Source: Candidatus Hydrogenedentota bacterium (GTDB taxonomy: Bacteria > Hydrogenedentota > Hydrogenedentia > Hydrogenedentales > SLHB01). From it: a stretch of 64,000 nucleotides of DNA. The notes under the pieces are model-generated. The model made no database searches. It saw only the letters and a program-made list of their open reading frames with translations, and had not been told where the DNA came from. Positions 39,316 to 50,400 of this stretch are shown here, one piece after another. The first letter of the stretch is position 1. The number at the start of each line of letters is the position of its first letter. The stretch lies in assembly GCA_963674865.2 (NCBI GenBank), contig CAXXYE010000006.1, positions 1 to 64,000 of the forward strand, given 5' to 3'. Made by a program: the position numbers and the translations under genes.

Positions 39316-42300
39316 ATGGCAGGTTTCGAGGCAGAACGCACTATTCTGGGATATCAGTTGCAGGCACGGTTGAAGGAGATTGAGGAAACCATTTACAGCG
39401 CACGCCAACCCATCGGCGGCATCGAAGCATGCGTAACGGGGCCTGGCAAAGGGCCCGAACGCGCGCCCAAGTCGGGCTGGAAGCCCTTCAAGGTACACGA
39501 TCGCTGGGGCGGCTTCGATCAAACGACATGGTTCCGGATGAAAGTACGCGTGCCCGCCTCCATGAAAGGACACCGCGTTGTGGCGCTTGTCCGGCCATGC
39601 GGTGAATCCCTCGCGTATATCGACGGCAAGCCCGTTCAAGGTTTAGATCGCAACCGGGATGAACTCTATCTGACGGAGAAGGCCCGGGGAGGCGAGACGT
39701 TCGAGATCGTCCTCGAGTCCGTTCCCAGCGTACGCTTCGACGAGTACCACTACTTCGAGCACGCCGACCTCGTCGTAATGCATCCCACGGCATGGGATTT
39801 CTGGTGGGATTGCAGCGTGATCATGGACGTGCTGGAAGTCCTTCCCACCACCGACACCGCCTACCCTCGTCTCCAGGATCTGCTGAACCGGGCAATGAAG
39901 TCGGTTGATCTCCAGCACAAGAACGAACCTGCCTATTGGACTTCTCTCCAGAAGGCCCGGCAACTGCTCCAAGCAGGCCTGAAGGATTTTGAGGCGCCGC
40001 CGGGCGCGGGCCGACTGACGGTTACCGGCCAATCACATATCGACACGGCGTGGCTATGGCCGCTGCGCGAGACGCGCCGGAAGTGCGGCCGCACCTTCTC
40101 GACGGCCCTCACGCTCCTGGATCGCTATCCGGAGTTCGTGTTCATGGCCAGTCAGCCGGTGCAGTTCGAGTGGATGAAGAAGGAGTATCCCGAGCAGTTC
40201 CGGCGTGTCAAGCGCCACGTCAAGTCAGGCCAGTGGGAGCCGCTCGGCGCGATGTGGGTGGAGTGCGACTGTAATGTCCCGTCCGGTGAGGCATTCGTGC
40301 GGCAGCTGCTCTTCGGAAACCGGTTCTGGCGAAAAGAGTTCGGCGTGCACAGCCGGACGGCTTGGCTGCCCGACACCTTCGGTGATTCGTGGTCGCTGCC
40401 CCAGATTCTCAAGAAGGCGCAAGTGGACACGTTCGTCACTACCAAACTCACCTGGAGCCAGTTCAACCGCCCTGCGCACTCCGTGTGGCAGTGGGAAGGC
40501 ACGGACGGCACCCGCATTCTGGCCATGCACCCTTACCACAATTACAACGGCTTGATGCGGATCCAGCAGGCCGTCGAACAATGGGACAACTTCAAGCAGA
40601 AGGATCTGATCGACGAGTGCCCCTACCCGGCCGGCCACGGGGACGGCGGCGGCGGGCCGACGATGAAGATAATCGAGCGCGGCAAACGCCTCGGAAACAT
40701 CGTCGGCGTGCCGCAGTGCTCGTTCGGGCGCATGCAGGACTCGATTGATCGGATGGCCGCGCAGTGCGACTTCGGCGCCCTGCCCCGCTGGAATGACGAG
40801 TTGTATCTCGAGCTGCACCGTGGATGCCAAACGACCCAGGCTCGGACGAAGCGCAATAATCGGAAATGCGAGCTCCTCCTCCGCGATGCCGAGTTCTTCA
40901 ACAGCCTCGCCTTGCTCGACGGCGGCAAATATGATCAGAAGAACCTGGAGGAAGCGTGGAAGATCGTCTTGACGAACCAATTCCACGACATCCTGCCCGG
41001 TTCATCCATCACCGAGGTCTACGCACAAGCCGACATCGATTACGCCGAAGCCAAGGAGATGGCCAATACCGCGATGCGCGCCGCCCTGGAGCGGCTGAGC
41101 GGCCGGATCGACGCAGGCGGCGAGGGTGTGTCCATCGTTGTTTTCAATACGCTCTCGTGGGAGCGCTGCGATGTGGTTCGCGCCCAGGCATCTCTCCCGA
41201 AGGGCGCTTTCCACGTGCTCGACGCCCAAGGCAATCCAGTGCCATGCCAGAGGATCGGCCGTGATGAACTCGTGTTTCTTGCGAACGACTTGCCCCCGCT
41301 AGGCTACGCGGTTTACCGCATCCTGCCAGGCACCGTTGAAGCGTCTCCGGAGGGGGGGCTCAAAGCCAAGGCGTCCGGCATGGAGAACGACTATGTCCGC
41401 GTCCGGTTCGACAAGAAGGGCCGGTTGAGCAGCGTTTACGACAAAGTCAACCGACGCGAGGTGCTTCCGAAGGGAGAGGCGGCCAACGTGCTCCAGTTGT
41501 TCGATGATCGCCCCGGCCGGAATGACGCTTGGGACATCGACCACAATTTTGACGAGATCATGTGGGAGCCGGCCGCGCCGGAATCGGTCGACGTGGTCGA
41601 GGAGGGGCCGGTTCGGGCCGTCGTGCGCATGGTGCGCAAGACGGAGCGCAGCACCATCACGCAGGACATCGTCCTGCACGCCCACTCGCCGCGCATTGAT
41701 TTCGTGACGAATGTGGACTGGCATGAGAAGCGCGTCCTCATGAAGGTCGCCTTCCCGGTGGATGTTCGAGCAAGCCAGGCCACCTACGAAATCCAGTTCG
41801 GCAGCATCGAGCGGCCCACGCATCATAACACCACGTACGACCGCGCCCGGTTCGAGGTCACGGGGCACAAGTGGGCGGACTTGTCCGAAGGCGACTACGG
41901 TGCGAGCCTGCTCAACGACTGCAAGTACGGCTACGACGTCAAGGATAATGTCCTGCGCCTGTCGCTCCTTCGCTCTCCCGTCATGCCCGACGAGACGGCC
42001 GACGAAGGGCTTCAGGAATTCACGTATTCCCTCTTCCCTCATACCGGCGACTGGCGTCACGGCGCCGTGCAGCAAGGCTACGAACTCAACTGCCCGGTGG
42101 TGGCGGTGCAGGGAGGCAACGGGCAGGGCCGCCTAGCCTCCACCGCATCGTTCGCCAGTGTCGACACAGATCATGTGGTGATTGACACCGTCAAGCGCCA
42201 TGAGGACTCCAGCGCCCTCATTGTCCGGTTATACGAAGCGCTGGGCCAGCGCGGGCCCGTCACACTGACCTTCGGCCACACTCCCAAGAAGATCAGCGAA

Positions 42301-42405
42301 TGCGACCTCATGGAAGAGAATGACATACCGGCCAAACTGCACGGCGAGAAGGTGAAGTTCTACATCAAGCCTTACGAGATCCGCACGTTCAAAGTCTCGT
42401 TCTGA
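39316..42405 (+). CDS. Alpha-mannosidase (GH38)
   Basis: SHIDTAWLWP, WLPDTFG, GDGGGGP, LYLELHRG, NQFHDILPG. Confidence 0.96.
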   Translation: MAGFEAERTILGYQLQARLKEIEETIYSARQPIGGIEACVTGPGKGPERAPKSGWKPFKVHDRWGGFDQTTWFRMKVRVPASMKGHRVVALVRPCGESLAYIDGKPVQGLDRNRDELYLTEKARGGETFEIVLESVPSVRFDEYHYFEHADLVVMHPTAWDFWWDCSVIMDVLEVLPTTDTAYPRLQDLLNRAMKSVDLQHKNEPAYWTSLQKARQLLQAGLKDFEAPPGAGRLTVTGQSHIDTAWLWPLRETRRKCGRTFSTALTLLDRYPEFVFMASQPVQFEWMKKEYPEQFRRVKRHVKSGQWEPLGAMWVECDCNVPSGEAFVRQLLFGNRFWRKEFGVHSRTAWLPDTFGDSWSLPQILKKAQVDTFVTTKLTWSQFNRPAHSVWQWEGTDGTRILAMHPYHNYNGLMRIQQAVEQWDNFKQKDLIDECPYPAGHGDGGGGPTMKIIERGKRLGNIVGVPQCSFGRMQDSIDRMAAQCDFGALPRWNDELYLELHRGCQTTQARTKRNNRKCELLLRDAEFFNSLALLDGGKYDQKNLEEAWKIVLTNQFHDILPGSSITEVYAQADIDYAEAKEMANTAMRAALERLSGRIDAGGEGVSIVVFNTLSWERCDVVRAQASLPKGAFHVLDAQGNPVPCQRIGRDELVFLANDLPPLGYAVYRILPGTVEASPEGGLKAKASGMENDYVRVRFDKKGRLSSVYDKVNRREVLPKGEAANVLQLFDDRPGRNDAWDIDHNFDEIMWEPAAPESVDVVEEGPVRAVVRMVRKTERSTITQDIVLHAHSPRIDFVTNVDWHEKRVLMKVAFPVDVRASQATYEIQFGSIERPTHHNTTYDRARFEVTGHKWADLSEGDYGASLLNDCKYGYDVKDNVLRLSLLRSPVMPDETADEGLQEFTYSLFPHTGDWRHGAVQQGYELNCPVVAVQGGNGQGRLASTASFASVDTDHVVIDTVKRHEDSSALIVRLYEALGQRGPVTLTFGHTPKKISECDLMEENDIPAKLHGEKVKFYIKPYEIRTFKVSF

Positions 42406-42491
42406 CGTCTCACGAGAGGATAGCCCCGGCCTGCGGGGCCGTCGCTAACGAATAAATCCGAGGTGTTGGGTGTATCGTGTGCATCGTCGCG

Positions 42492-42525
42492 AAGAGCGCG
42501 GCCCTCTTTAGAGGGCCGCGCTCTT
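42492..42525. terminator. Perfect 16-bp inverted repeat (terminator or REP-like)
   Basis: AAGAGCGCGGCCCTCT-TT-AGAGGGCCGCGCTCTT, downstream of the GH38 gene. Confidence 0.6.
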
Positions 42526-42616
42526 GTCGGTATCCACCAGTGTGAAGCCGGGCGCCGTGCTATGATACGCATGGTTTCCGCGCTGACTCTTTGGGAAGAA
42601 ACCGGGAGGGGGAAAG

Positions 42617-43564
42617 ATGCGAAACGCGTTGACTCTCGGGGGCTGGATCGTGGCAGGTCTTGCCTTCGTACTGAGCGTCATTTTGTACCGCCAATCCGCG
42701 GACCTCAGGCATCAACTGAAGAACGCGGATGAACTGAACATGCGCCAGCAGCAACAACTGGCCGAATTGGGCGAATTGCAGCAGAGGACGGAGGACGCCG
42801 CAACTCGTATCGAAGAGTTGAGCAAAGAGTTGGAAAGCGCGAAGGCGCTGGCTGCGGAACTCAATGCCCAAGGAGGTGACGCGGCAGAAACACCTGTCCT
42901 GGATGAACAGGCCGGCGAACAAGCCGCCTCGGAAGAGAGCGAGAAAAAGGGCAGCGAGGACGCGGGGCCGTCCCGCCGGGAGAGGATGCTTTCGCAGCAG
43001 ATGGCCTTCATGGTGGATATGGCCTGGGGTGAGTTCTTCAAGGAGCAGGCTTCGCCCGACGATGTCAAGGCACAGGTACGCGACCTCCTCGTAAAAGCGG
43101 CCGTCAAGGATCAGACGGCGGTGATCGAGGCGCTGAAAGAGGGAAAGACGCCCGCGGCCGAAGTGTTCAGCGAGCAGGAGACGAACCGGGCCGAGCTGCG
43201 CGCGGCCCTCGGCGGGGTGTTAAGCGCGAACGAGCTGACGGCATGGGACACGTACGAGGAACTGGCCGACGTGTACCTGTATGAGAGCGTCGTTGAGGGC
43301 CAGTTGACGATGCTGGCGCCGGAGCTGAACACGGAGAACCGCAGGGCCGCCGGGGCGGTCGTCGCCGAAGAGCTCGTGGCGGCCATCGATGAGTTCGAGC
43401 GCTCCGAAGTACTCTACACGCTGGAGAATTTCAACAACGCCCAGAGCGCCGCTCTCCAGAACAGCCTGGATCGATTGGCGCAGTCACTGGACGAGGAGCA
43501 ATACGGCCACGTGCAGAGCTTCGTGGAAGCGGCTGAAGCGATGTTCAACGCCGTGGCGGAGTAG
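42617..43564 (+). CDS. Membrane-anchored acidic coiled-coil protein
   Basis: N-terminal TM, heptad-rich segment, GGAGG RBS. Confidence 0.7.
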   Translation: MRNALTLGGWIVAGLAFVLSVILYRQSADLRHQLKNADELNMRQQQQLAELGELQQRTEDAATRIEELSKELESAKALAAELNAQGGDAAETPVLDEQAGEQAASEESEKKGSEDAGPSRRERMLSQQMAFMVDMAWGEFFKEQASPDDVKAQVRDLLVKAAVKDQTAVIEALKEGKTPAAEVFSEQETNRAELRAALGGVLSANELTAWDTYEELADVYLYESVVEGQLTMLAPELNTENRRAAGAVVAEELVAAIDEFERSEVLYTLENFNNAQSAALQNSLDRLAQSLDEEQYGHVQSFVEAAEAMFNAVAE

Positions 43565-43570
43565 CCGCTT

Positions 43571-45043
43571 CTAGACGCCCATCGCGGCGAGCTGCTGCTC
43601 GATGAAGACCTCCGCCCGCCTGTCCTCAAACTCGGGTGAACAGATCTGCCGTAAGGCTTCCTCGAGTTCGGCCAACTTGGCGGGATGTGCCTGCGCGAGG
43701 TTGTTCAGCTCGCCTGGATCCTCCGCCAGGTTGAACAAGAGGTGCGGCGCAGCGGCGCAGTAGATCAACTTCCAGTCGCCCTTCCGGATCATGAAGGCGC
43801 TGCCGCGCGTCCCGTGCCCCTGATACTCGGAGAAGACGACGCGTTCCCTGTCGTCCTCGCCAATCGTCTGGAGCGGACGCCCGCTCCACCCGTCAGGGCG
43901 CGTCGCCAGCGTGGCGGCGAAGAAGGTAGCCTGCACGTCCAGTAGATCAACGGGAGTTTTGACTCTGGACCCCGCGGGGAAACCAGGCCCGGCAACGACT
44001 AGCGGCACGCGAGCGGAATCCTCATAAAGGCTGCACTTCCACCACATATCAAAAGCCCCCAGCATTTCGCCGTGGTCGGAGGTGTACGCGACAATCGTAT
44101 TACCGAGAAGGCCCTCCTCCTCAAGCGTGTCCAGGATGATGCCCAACTGGCGATCGACAAAGGTGACACATCCCAGGTAGCCGCGCCTGAGGCCGCGAAT
44201 GTCCTCTTCCGCAAACAGGGCCGTCTCGAAATGGGCGCGGAGATCAAGGGCATAGGGATGGTTGGCCGTGGGCAAGTCACCGCCGCGCACCGGCAGATCG
44301 CCTCCCTCTGGATACATATCCCAGAGTTCCTGTGTGACGAAGTGAGGGAAATGGGGGGCGTGCAGATTGACGGCCAACGTGAAGGGCCTATCGAGCGCTC
44401 TTGGCCGCTCGCGCAGCCACTGCGCGGCAGTCTTAATGACAGCGGTATCGTGTTCGTAAGGATCGCCTTCGCGGGGGCCGTAGCCCTTCGCCCGCAGCGC
44501 GGCACCCTCCCGAATCTGCAGAGGATGCCTGCGGATGTTCTTGTCGCCGGGCGGGATGCGGTCGCCGGGGATCGCAAACTCCGAAAACCCAAGCTCGGCG
44601 GTGTCCCGATACACGTCCGTCTTTCCCATGTGCACCGTGTGAACGCCCTGCTTGGCCAATTCCCCCCCGTACGACGGGTAGTCGAAAGGGAAGGCGTTGC
44701 AGTTGCTGTAGCACTGGATTTCATGTACGCGCCGGCCGGACATAAACGCGCTGCGGCTCGGCATACACAGTGGCGATGGGCAATAACAATTCTCGAAAAC
44801 CACGCCGCGTTCCGCGAGGCGGTCGAGGTTCGGCGTCTGGATGTAGGGATGTCCGTAGAACGATGAATAGCGGGGATTGTGCTCATCGGATTTCAGCAAA
44901 ACCACATTGGTTGCAGGGGCCATGACACCTCTCTTCCTGTCGCGGGCCAGGTGTTGACAGCCCGTCAGTTGCACGGCGGCGGCGATTCCGGCTCCAGAGC
45001 AAAAAGCACGCCCCAGAAACTCCCGGCGTGTCTCATGACTCAT
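43571..45043 (-). CDS. Tat-exported Cys-type sulfatase
   Basis: TRREFLG twin-arginine signal, SPLCMPSR, PHFP, SDHGEMLG. Confidence 0.92.
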   Translation of the reverse strand: MSHETRREFLGRAFCSGAGIAAAVQLTGCQHLARDRKRGVMAPATNVVLLKSDEHNPRYSSFYGHPYIQTPNLDRLAERGVVFENCYCPSPLCMPSRSAFMSGRRVHEIQCYSNCNAFPFDYPSYGGELAKQGVHTVHMGKTDVYRDTAELGFSEFAIPGDRIPPGDKNIRRHPLQIREGAALRAKGYGPREGDPYEHDTAVIKTAAQWLRERPRALDRPFTLAVNLHAPHFPHFVTQELWDMYPEGGDLPVRGGDLPTANHPYALDLRAHFETALFAEEDIRGLRRGYLGCVTFVDRQLGIILDTLEEEGLLGNTIVAYTSDHGEMLGAFDMWWKCSLYEDSARVPLVVAGPGFPAGSRVKTPVDLLDVQATFFAATLATRPDGWSGRPLQTIGEDDRERVVFSEYQGHGTRGSAFMIRKGDWKLIYCAAAPHLLFNLAEDPGELNNLAQAHPAKLAELEEALRQICSPEFEDRRAEVFIEQQLAAMGV

Positions 45044-45186
45044 GGGCCTGCCTTTCTCGATAAGAATCGTGGTTGGCCATCCAAGAAACGTGGCCAAGAA
45101 TACCGCCGTTCGGCGGGCTCGTCAATCCCAGGCAGGACGACCGGCCACGATCCGCCCTACTCAGAACATGTGAAGGAACGCCGGAG

Positions 45187-45240
45187 GAAAAGGGGACATG
45201 CTCCAAGCGCCGTCCCCGGCGCGACTACGTGTCTCCTTTC
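45187..45240. repeat. Imperfect inverted repeat (REP/MITE-like ends)
   Basis: GAAAAGGGGACATG ... CGTGTCTCCTTTC in an intergenic region. Confidence 0.35.
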
Positions 45241-45267
45241 CGGACACACTGGTTCTCTCACAAGCTC

Positions 45268-46761
45268 TCAGCCCTTGCGCGTCAGGAAGGCGGCAAACAC
45301 GATGTAGAGCGCCAGCACAAGGAGCAGGCATGAAAGCGTGAAGCAGAGGGCCAAGTCGAGGGGCCAGAAGAGGAACAACGCGAACGCCGCGATGGAGATA
45401 CTGAACATGAACACGGCCCCGCTCAGGCGGATACCATCGCGCGTCTTCGGCAGAAACAGGAACAAAGGAACCAGGATCATCACTTGGTAGTAGAAGGTGG
45501 GCGCCGTCAGGAAGAACGCGGGTGCATAACCCAGAGCCAGCGCTTCATAGTCTTGCAGCTTCCGAACCGCCGCACCCGAAAAAAGCAAGACGGCGAGCTG
45601 GATGCCCCACCAGGCAAACTGGTGACTCTCGAAGAAGAGCTGCTTTTGACTCTCGAAAGGCGGCCAAGCGCCGAAGGAGTTCTTGTACGTCATCAGAAAG
45701 ATGTATCTGAAGCCGACGCGCACAGGAGAAACATCTCTGTCATGCAGGGCGATCTTAGTGAAAAAGGCCCGCCATTGCGATAGTCCTCCCTGGTCGATCA
45801 CGGTGGCCAGGAAAAGGAGCGACGCCACCAGTGCGAAGGCTGTGAAGAAGGTGAGATAACGCTTGTTGAGAGTGCGCTTCTTGAGGATGTCAGCGGCAAA
45901 CTTCACGCCCAAGCCGAACGCGAACACGAGCGGGAAGATGCGAGCCATAGCGGCGTAGGCCATCAGCGCTCCGGCCGTCCCATATCGCTCGAGTTTCAAC
46001 AGACACAAGGCCATGGCGAGGAAGGTCAACCAGTCAAGGCGGAGGAAGGCGCCGCGGATGTGCGTGAAGGACATCATAAAAAGCGCCCCCCAGAAAATCA
46101 CCGAAAAGCACATGATCCGCCAGCCGAACGCCACCCCCACGAGAGCAAACATGAGCGCGAGAAGCACAAGGTCCAGACAAACCAGAAAAAGAAGATGGCC
46201 TGTCGACACGCGATTTGCCAGAGCGCGCGCCATCAGGTTCCAAACAGGCGTGGCGTTATAGCCCTTATCCTGTGCGGCTCTGGGCCAACGCTTCCCGAGG
46301 AAGCTACGAAAGGAAGAGACGTCCTTTCTGAATTCCTCCCACCGGGCCGACGAAAAGAGTCCTTTATAGAAGGCTTTCTGCTGAAGAGCGTTACCGGCCT
46401 CCACGAATCCGTAGTCCTCCATGCCGCGGAAGTAGGGCTGGCCCGGCCGGCCTTGGTTGTTTTCGGCATCGGCAACGATGACGGCCGGATAGAGATTGAG
46501 ATAGCCGACTTCCTCGGAGTACTTGGCGCCTAGGTAGTAGTGGAAGAAATCGTGCGGATTCATAAAGCGGCCGAACTTCGGATACGCGCCAAAATCGAAG
46601 TAGGCGCAGACGGCAACGAGGGCAAGGAGTACGAGGCAAGCATCCAGCCACCGACGGCCCCGCTTGATATTCCGCCGATCGCACAGCGCATATATGATCA
46701 GGAGCGTAGCGCCGGCCCCGCCGACGAGGATTCTCGCACCGATAAGCAGATCACGGGACAT
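45268..46761 (-). CDS. Polytopic membrane protein, possible GT-C fold glycosyltransferase
   Basis: More than 10 TM segments; DFFHYYLG and YNATPVW loop motifs. Confidence 0.55.
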   Translation of the reverse strand: MSRDLLIGARILVGGAGATLLIIYALCDRRNIKRGRRWLDACLVLLALVAVCAYFDFGAYPKFGRFMNPHDFFHYYLGAKYSEEVGYLNLYPAVIVADAENNQGRPGQPYFRGMEDYGFVEAGNALQQKAFYKGLFSSARWEEFRKDVSSFRSFLGKRWPRAAQDKGYNATPVWNLMARALANRVSTGHLLFLVCLDLVLLALMFALVGVAFGWRIMCFSVIFWGALFMMSFTHIRGAFLRLDWLTFLAMALCLLKLERYGTAGALMAYAAMARIFPLVFAFGLGVKFAADILKKRTLNKRYLTFFTAFALVASLLFLATVIDQGGLSQWRAFFTKIALHDRDVSPVRVGFRYIFLMTYKNSFGAWPPFESQKQLFFESHQFAWWGIQLAVLLFSGAAVRKLQDYEALALGYAPAFFLTAPTFYYQVMILVPLFLFLPKTRDGIRLSGAVFMFSISIAAFALFLFWPLDLALCFTLSCLLLVLALYIVFAAFLTRKG

Positions 46762-47046
46762 GGCGCCGCTACTTCCCGAAGAACCTGGTCAGGGCACTGA
46801 TGACGGCGAGTTCCAGCCCGGTGAATAAGGGCCATTTCCCTATCTGAGCGGCGCTCATGAGTGCTTCCCTTGCGTTGTCCCTGTCGTCGGGGGGGGACTT
46901 TCGATTATAGCAGGAAGAAAGCGGACGGCTGCCGAGGCATTGACGTATGGGACATTATCGGCCAGACTATCAAAAAGCGCTCCCGAGGCGGGGAGCCAGC
47001 CGATGCGACACGCGCGAGCCAAGCGCAGGAGGGAGGGCACGCCAGG

Positions 47047-47541
47047 ATGAATCGAGGATTCATTGACAAGCGAACGCTCGTCATCATCGGGCTTCTCGTG
47101 GGGATCCCTTGCGGCTTGCTGCTCTACTGGGAGATCTCGGCCAGACGCATGCGCGAGCATTTTGTTAAGGCCCTCCAGGCTGGGGAGGTCGACGGCCTTC
47201 TACTCGAACTCCGAGGCAAGACTTGGACGGCGGGCGACTTGGCGAGCGTGGAGGTCATCAGGCTCGATAGCAGCTACGGCAAGGAGCGCGCGTTGGTGCG
47301 CTTGGCCCACGAAGGCGGCGAAGCGGCCGTCTCGCGAAGTCAGTTTTCCTACCAAGCGACGATCACAAACACAGAAACGGGCGTCAAGTACGTCTTCGGC
47401 TACCCCCGAAGCGGCTCACGGAAGTGGCGTTGTCAGGGCCTTCATCCCGACACGGCCGAACGCGATCGAGAACTCCTGAGACGCGGAGAAGATCCGCGAG
47501 AGAGAAGGGGCCTGCCCGTGCAGAGCCCCGCGTCTCAGTAG
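47047..47541 (+). CDS. Hypothetical membrane-anchored protein
   Basis: N-terminal TM (LVIIGLLVGIPCGLLLYW); purine-rich upstream sequence. Confidence 0.6.
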   Translation: MNRGFIDKRTLVIIGLLVGIPCGLLLYWEISARRMREHFVKALQAGEVDGLLLELRGKTWTAGDLASVEVIRLDSSYGKERALVRLAHEGGEAAVSRSQFSYQATITNTETGVKYVFGYPRSGSRKWRCQGLHPDTAERDRELLRRGEDPRERRGLPVQSPASQ

Positions 47542-47568
47542 CCGGCTTCGCCGCGTCCGGCGTCAATC

Positions 47569-50400
47569 CTAGCTTTCCGCCAAAGCCCGCAAGATACGCT
47601 CAAGGTGTTCGGCCACGGCCTCCCGGTGCTTGAGGAGAACGGTTGGGTCGTTCGTGGCCTCCGTCAGGTCACTAGCAAGCGGCGGGTCGATGGCGAGCAG
47701 GGCCTCGGCGTCGGCCAATAGCGCGTCTGTATTCGGCAGGGCCGCCTCAGCCAAACGCTTTCTGGCTTCGTCCAGCAACGCAAGGTAGTCGTAATCCTCA
47801 AAGGCATCGCGGATCATCTCGAGGCGCGCGCTGCTCCAGAACTCGCCGTCGGGGCCGGGGTAGATGTACTGGGCGTCGCCATTGCAGTTGAGATAAGTCC
47901 AGGTGTTCCACGGAACTTCAGGCCAGCGCTTGCCGGCACGGATCGCATCGTCGATTTCCGGATCGCCGGACCACGGCTGATTGTTCCCTCGCCACTCGTT
48001 GATTCCCCAGTAGAGGAAGCCGGTGGCGCCGTATTTCCAGCAGTAGAATCCGATGAGGCGATTCTCGAGCGCCGTGTAATCAAGATAGAACTGAGTGACA
48101 TACGGCCGGCGTACGCTCGCCGACAAGTAGATCCAGAGTTCATCCCCCGCGGCCACACGCTCGGCGACGGGGCCGTAATTGAAGAGGTTTGGCCCGACGA
48201 CCCACGTATCGACGGCGCCTTCAAGCGTCGGCACCGGGGGATAGGCGGTGCAGACACGCCGAACGCCCGGGAAACGCTCGGCGACTTTGCCTAGGACCTC
48301 GCGCACGCGGGGATAGTCTTCCTTACTAGGCTCGTCCTGGCCGTAGATAAAGCAGATGTCCAGCAATCCACGCTCCTTGAAGAAGTCGTAATGGCGTTGG
48401 ATCCTCTCCTCCTCCTCAGGATCGAGTGGCCAGTCAGCGATCACGCCAAGCATCACCAAGTTCAGGCCGCGCTCGATCTGGAAATCGATGTCGTCTTCAT
48501 CGCCCATGGGGCCAAACCAGGAGGGGTTGATCCGGTGGTCGAGAAGGAAGGCCATCTGCCTGCGCTCAATATCCTTGGGAGTCTTCTCCCAGCCGTACCA
48601 ATCGGTAATGTGGGAAGGATTCAGCCACATCGAAGTCTGAAGCGCGGGACGCGTCGGGAGGTCGAAGCCATAGACGCGGACGCGCAGTTGGACAGGCCAA
48701 GACCGCAGGCCCTCGGCGGACACTTCGAGGCGGCCCGTGTATACACCTGCGGGGATGTTGTGAGGCACGTGGACACTGAGCCAAAGCGGCTGATGCAGAG
48801 CATCGGCCGCCACACTGCCCGGCGCCGCGTCCATGGGCATCAGCGGGTCGGCGAATCTCCCGATGTACTCGATAGGGTAGCGTGGCTTCCGTGATTCGAC
48901 GAAGCCGGCCCAACGCACCTCAATATTCTCCGCGGGGACGAGAGCGCCATCCGGGCCTTCCAGAGGCGACACATCGACACGGATGTTTTCCAGGTCGGTG
49001 CCCAAGGGAACGACAAGCAGTTGCGCGCCTTCGTATTCACCCCGGGCGGCCGATAGGGAAATCGTGTCGGCCAGCGGCCCGAGATAGGCCCGATCTCCGA
49101 TAGTCTTTCGCAGCGAAATCTCCGTGCCCACGGCGAAGGGAGCGTCGCCAATCTGTTCGCGATGATCCCAGCGCCATAGGAGCTTCTGTGCACGGCCCAG
49201 AAGGCATTCGGTGGGACGAGCGAGCGCGTCCCAGGCCTCGCGGCTCAGGTTCGGCTGCGTCAGTTTCGCTCCGAGTTCGTTGAGGTCGTTCTGCACAGCC
49301 TTATTCTCATCGCGTAGCCTGCGCGCATCCGACGACTCGGGAAGCGCGGCAAGCGCCGCCTGGATAGCGCGATAGGCCTGGCGGTTGGCAGTCATATCGA
49401 TGGGAATCGAATGCCGGAAGAAAGGCGCGGAGTCTCCCGTACGGCGGACGGCAACTACGGCGACGCCATGCGTGCCGTCCGGGAGATCGTAGTTGGCAAC
49501 GGGCTGGATGGTTTGGCTCGGAGGAACCGTCACAAAGCTCTGGTAGGCGACGCGTAGGCCGTGCTCGTCTTCGAGCGTTACAAGGACTTCGCAGGGCGCC
49601 TCGGAAGCAGCCCGGTTCGTCAGCACAAGAGGCAAGGGATTCGCATCCGGCTTCGGCCGGCCGATTTCTGACAGCTCGGCGGTCAGGGCCTTCGGGCCTG
49701 CGAAGTACACGTCGCCGAAGAATTGAGGCTCGTAGAACCAGGCGTGTGTGACGGCCCAAGCGGAGTAATTGGTACGGTTGGGCAGGCGCCACCCCATGTT
49801 GATGCGCCACGCAGCCAAGGGCTTGGGGGCAGGGAGGTCGGCCCCGGCAAGGGGAATGGCAAACTCGGCCTGCCATCCCTCGGCGCAAGGCTTCATCACG
49901 GCCGTTGGCGGGACAGTCCACTCGACGGTGTTCCCCATGGGCTGTGTAAGATACACCTTCCCCTCGCTGTTCACCGCCACCTTGTAATACGTCTCTTCGA
50001 TACCGGTTGCCAGAACAACCTCGGCCACGTGGGCATCGTCGGGAAGAGAGGGATACTTCGTCAGCTCGGCGTCGAGACAGCGGAGGCCGATGTACAGGTT
50101 CGCATCGTCGTACATCAACTTGGCTTCGGTTTCGTACGGCGCGAATCCGCCCTGATAGGACAAGTTGAACTGCCTGAGCGTCACCGCGGATTCCCAGGCG
50201 GGATCGTCGAGCGCGCCATCGGCTTCCGGCGCTGACTTCGCCATCGGAATAGCCACCGCGGGCCGGGCGGGAACGGGGCCGCGCGGAGCCAGTTGTTCGG
50301 TGGCCCGGCTGGGCGTGGCCCAGAAGCAAACACACAGCATCGCGGCAAAGAAGATGAGGCAGAGCATGATTGAGACTCCCCGTGAGCACATCGCATCCAT
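47569..50400 (-). CDS. Secreted CBM9-like plus DUF4091 (GH123-related) glycoside hydrolase
   Basis: DGALDDPAW, YDDANLY, QDEP, GFLYW, GDAQYIYPG, SARLEMIRDAFEDYDY. Confidence 0.8.
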   Translation of the reverse strand: MDAMCSRGVSIMLCLIFFAAMLCVCFWATPSRATEQLAPRGPVPARPAVAIPMAKSAPEADGALDDPAWESAVTLRQFNLSYQGGFAPYETEAKLMYDDANLYIGLRCLDAELTKYPSLPDDAHVAEVVLATGIEETYYKVAVNSEGKVYLTQPMGNTVEWTVPPTAVMKPCAEGWQAEFAIPLAGADLPAPKPLAAWRINMGWRLPNRTNYSAWAVTHAWFYEPQFFGDVYFAGPKALTAELSEIGRPKPDANPLPLVLTNRAASEAPCEVLVTLEDEHGLRVAYQSFVTVPPSQTIQPVANYDLPDGTHGVAVVAVRRTGDSAPFFRHSIPIDMTANRQAYRAIQAALAALPESSDARRLRDENKAVQNDLNELGAKLTQPNLSREAWDALARPTECLLGRAQKLLWRWDHREQIGDAPFAVGTEISLRKTIGDRAYLGPLADTISLSAARGEYEGAQLLVVPLGTDLENIRVDVSPLEGPDGALVPAENIEVRWAGFVESRKPRYPIEYIGRFADPLMPMDAAPGSVAADALHQPLWLSVHVPHNIPAGVYTGRLEVSAEGLRSWPVQLRVRVYGFDLPTRPALQTSMWLNPSHITDWYGWEKTPKDIERRQMAFLLDHRINPSWFGPMGDEDDIDFQIERGLNLVMLGVIADWPLDPEEEERIQRHYDFFKERGLLDICFIYGQDEPSKEDYPRVREVLGKVAERFPGVRRVCTAYPPVPTLEGAVDTWVVGPNLFNYGPVAERVAAGDELWIYLSASVRRPYVTQFYLDYTALENRLIGFYCWKYGATGFLYWGINEWRGNNQPWSGDPEIDDAIRAGKRWPEVPWNTWTYLNCNGDAQYIYPGPDGEFWSSARLEMIRDAFEDYDYLALLDEARKRLAEAALPNTDALLADAEALLAIDPPLASDLTEATNDPTVLLKHREAVAEHLERILRALAES

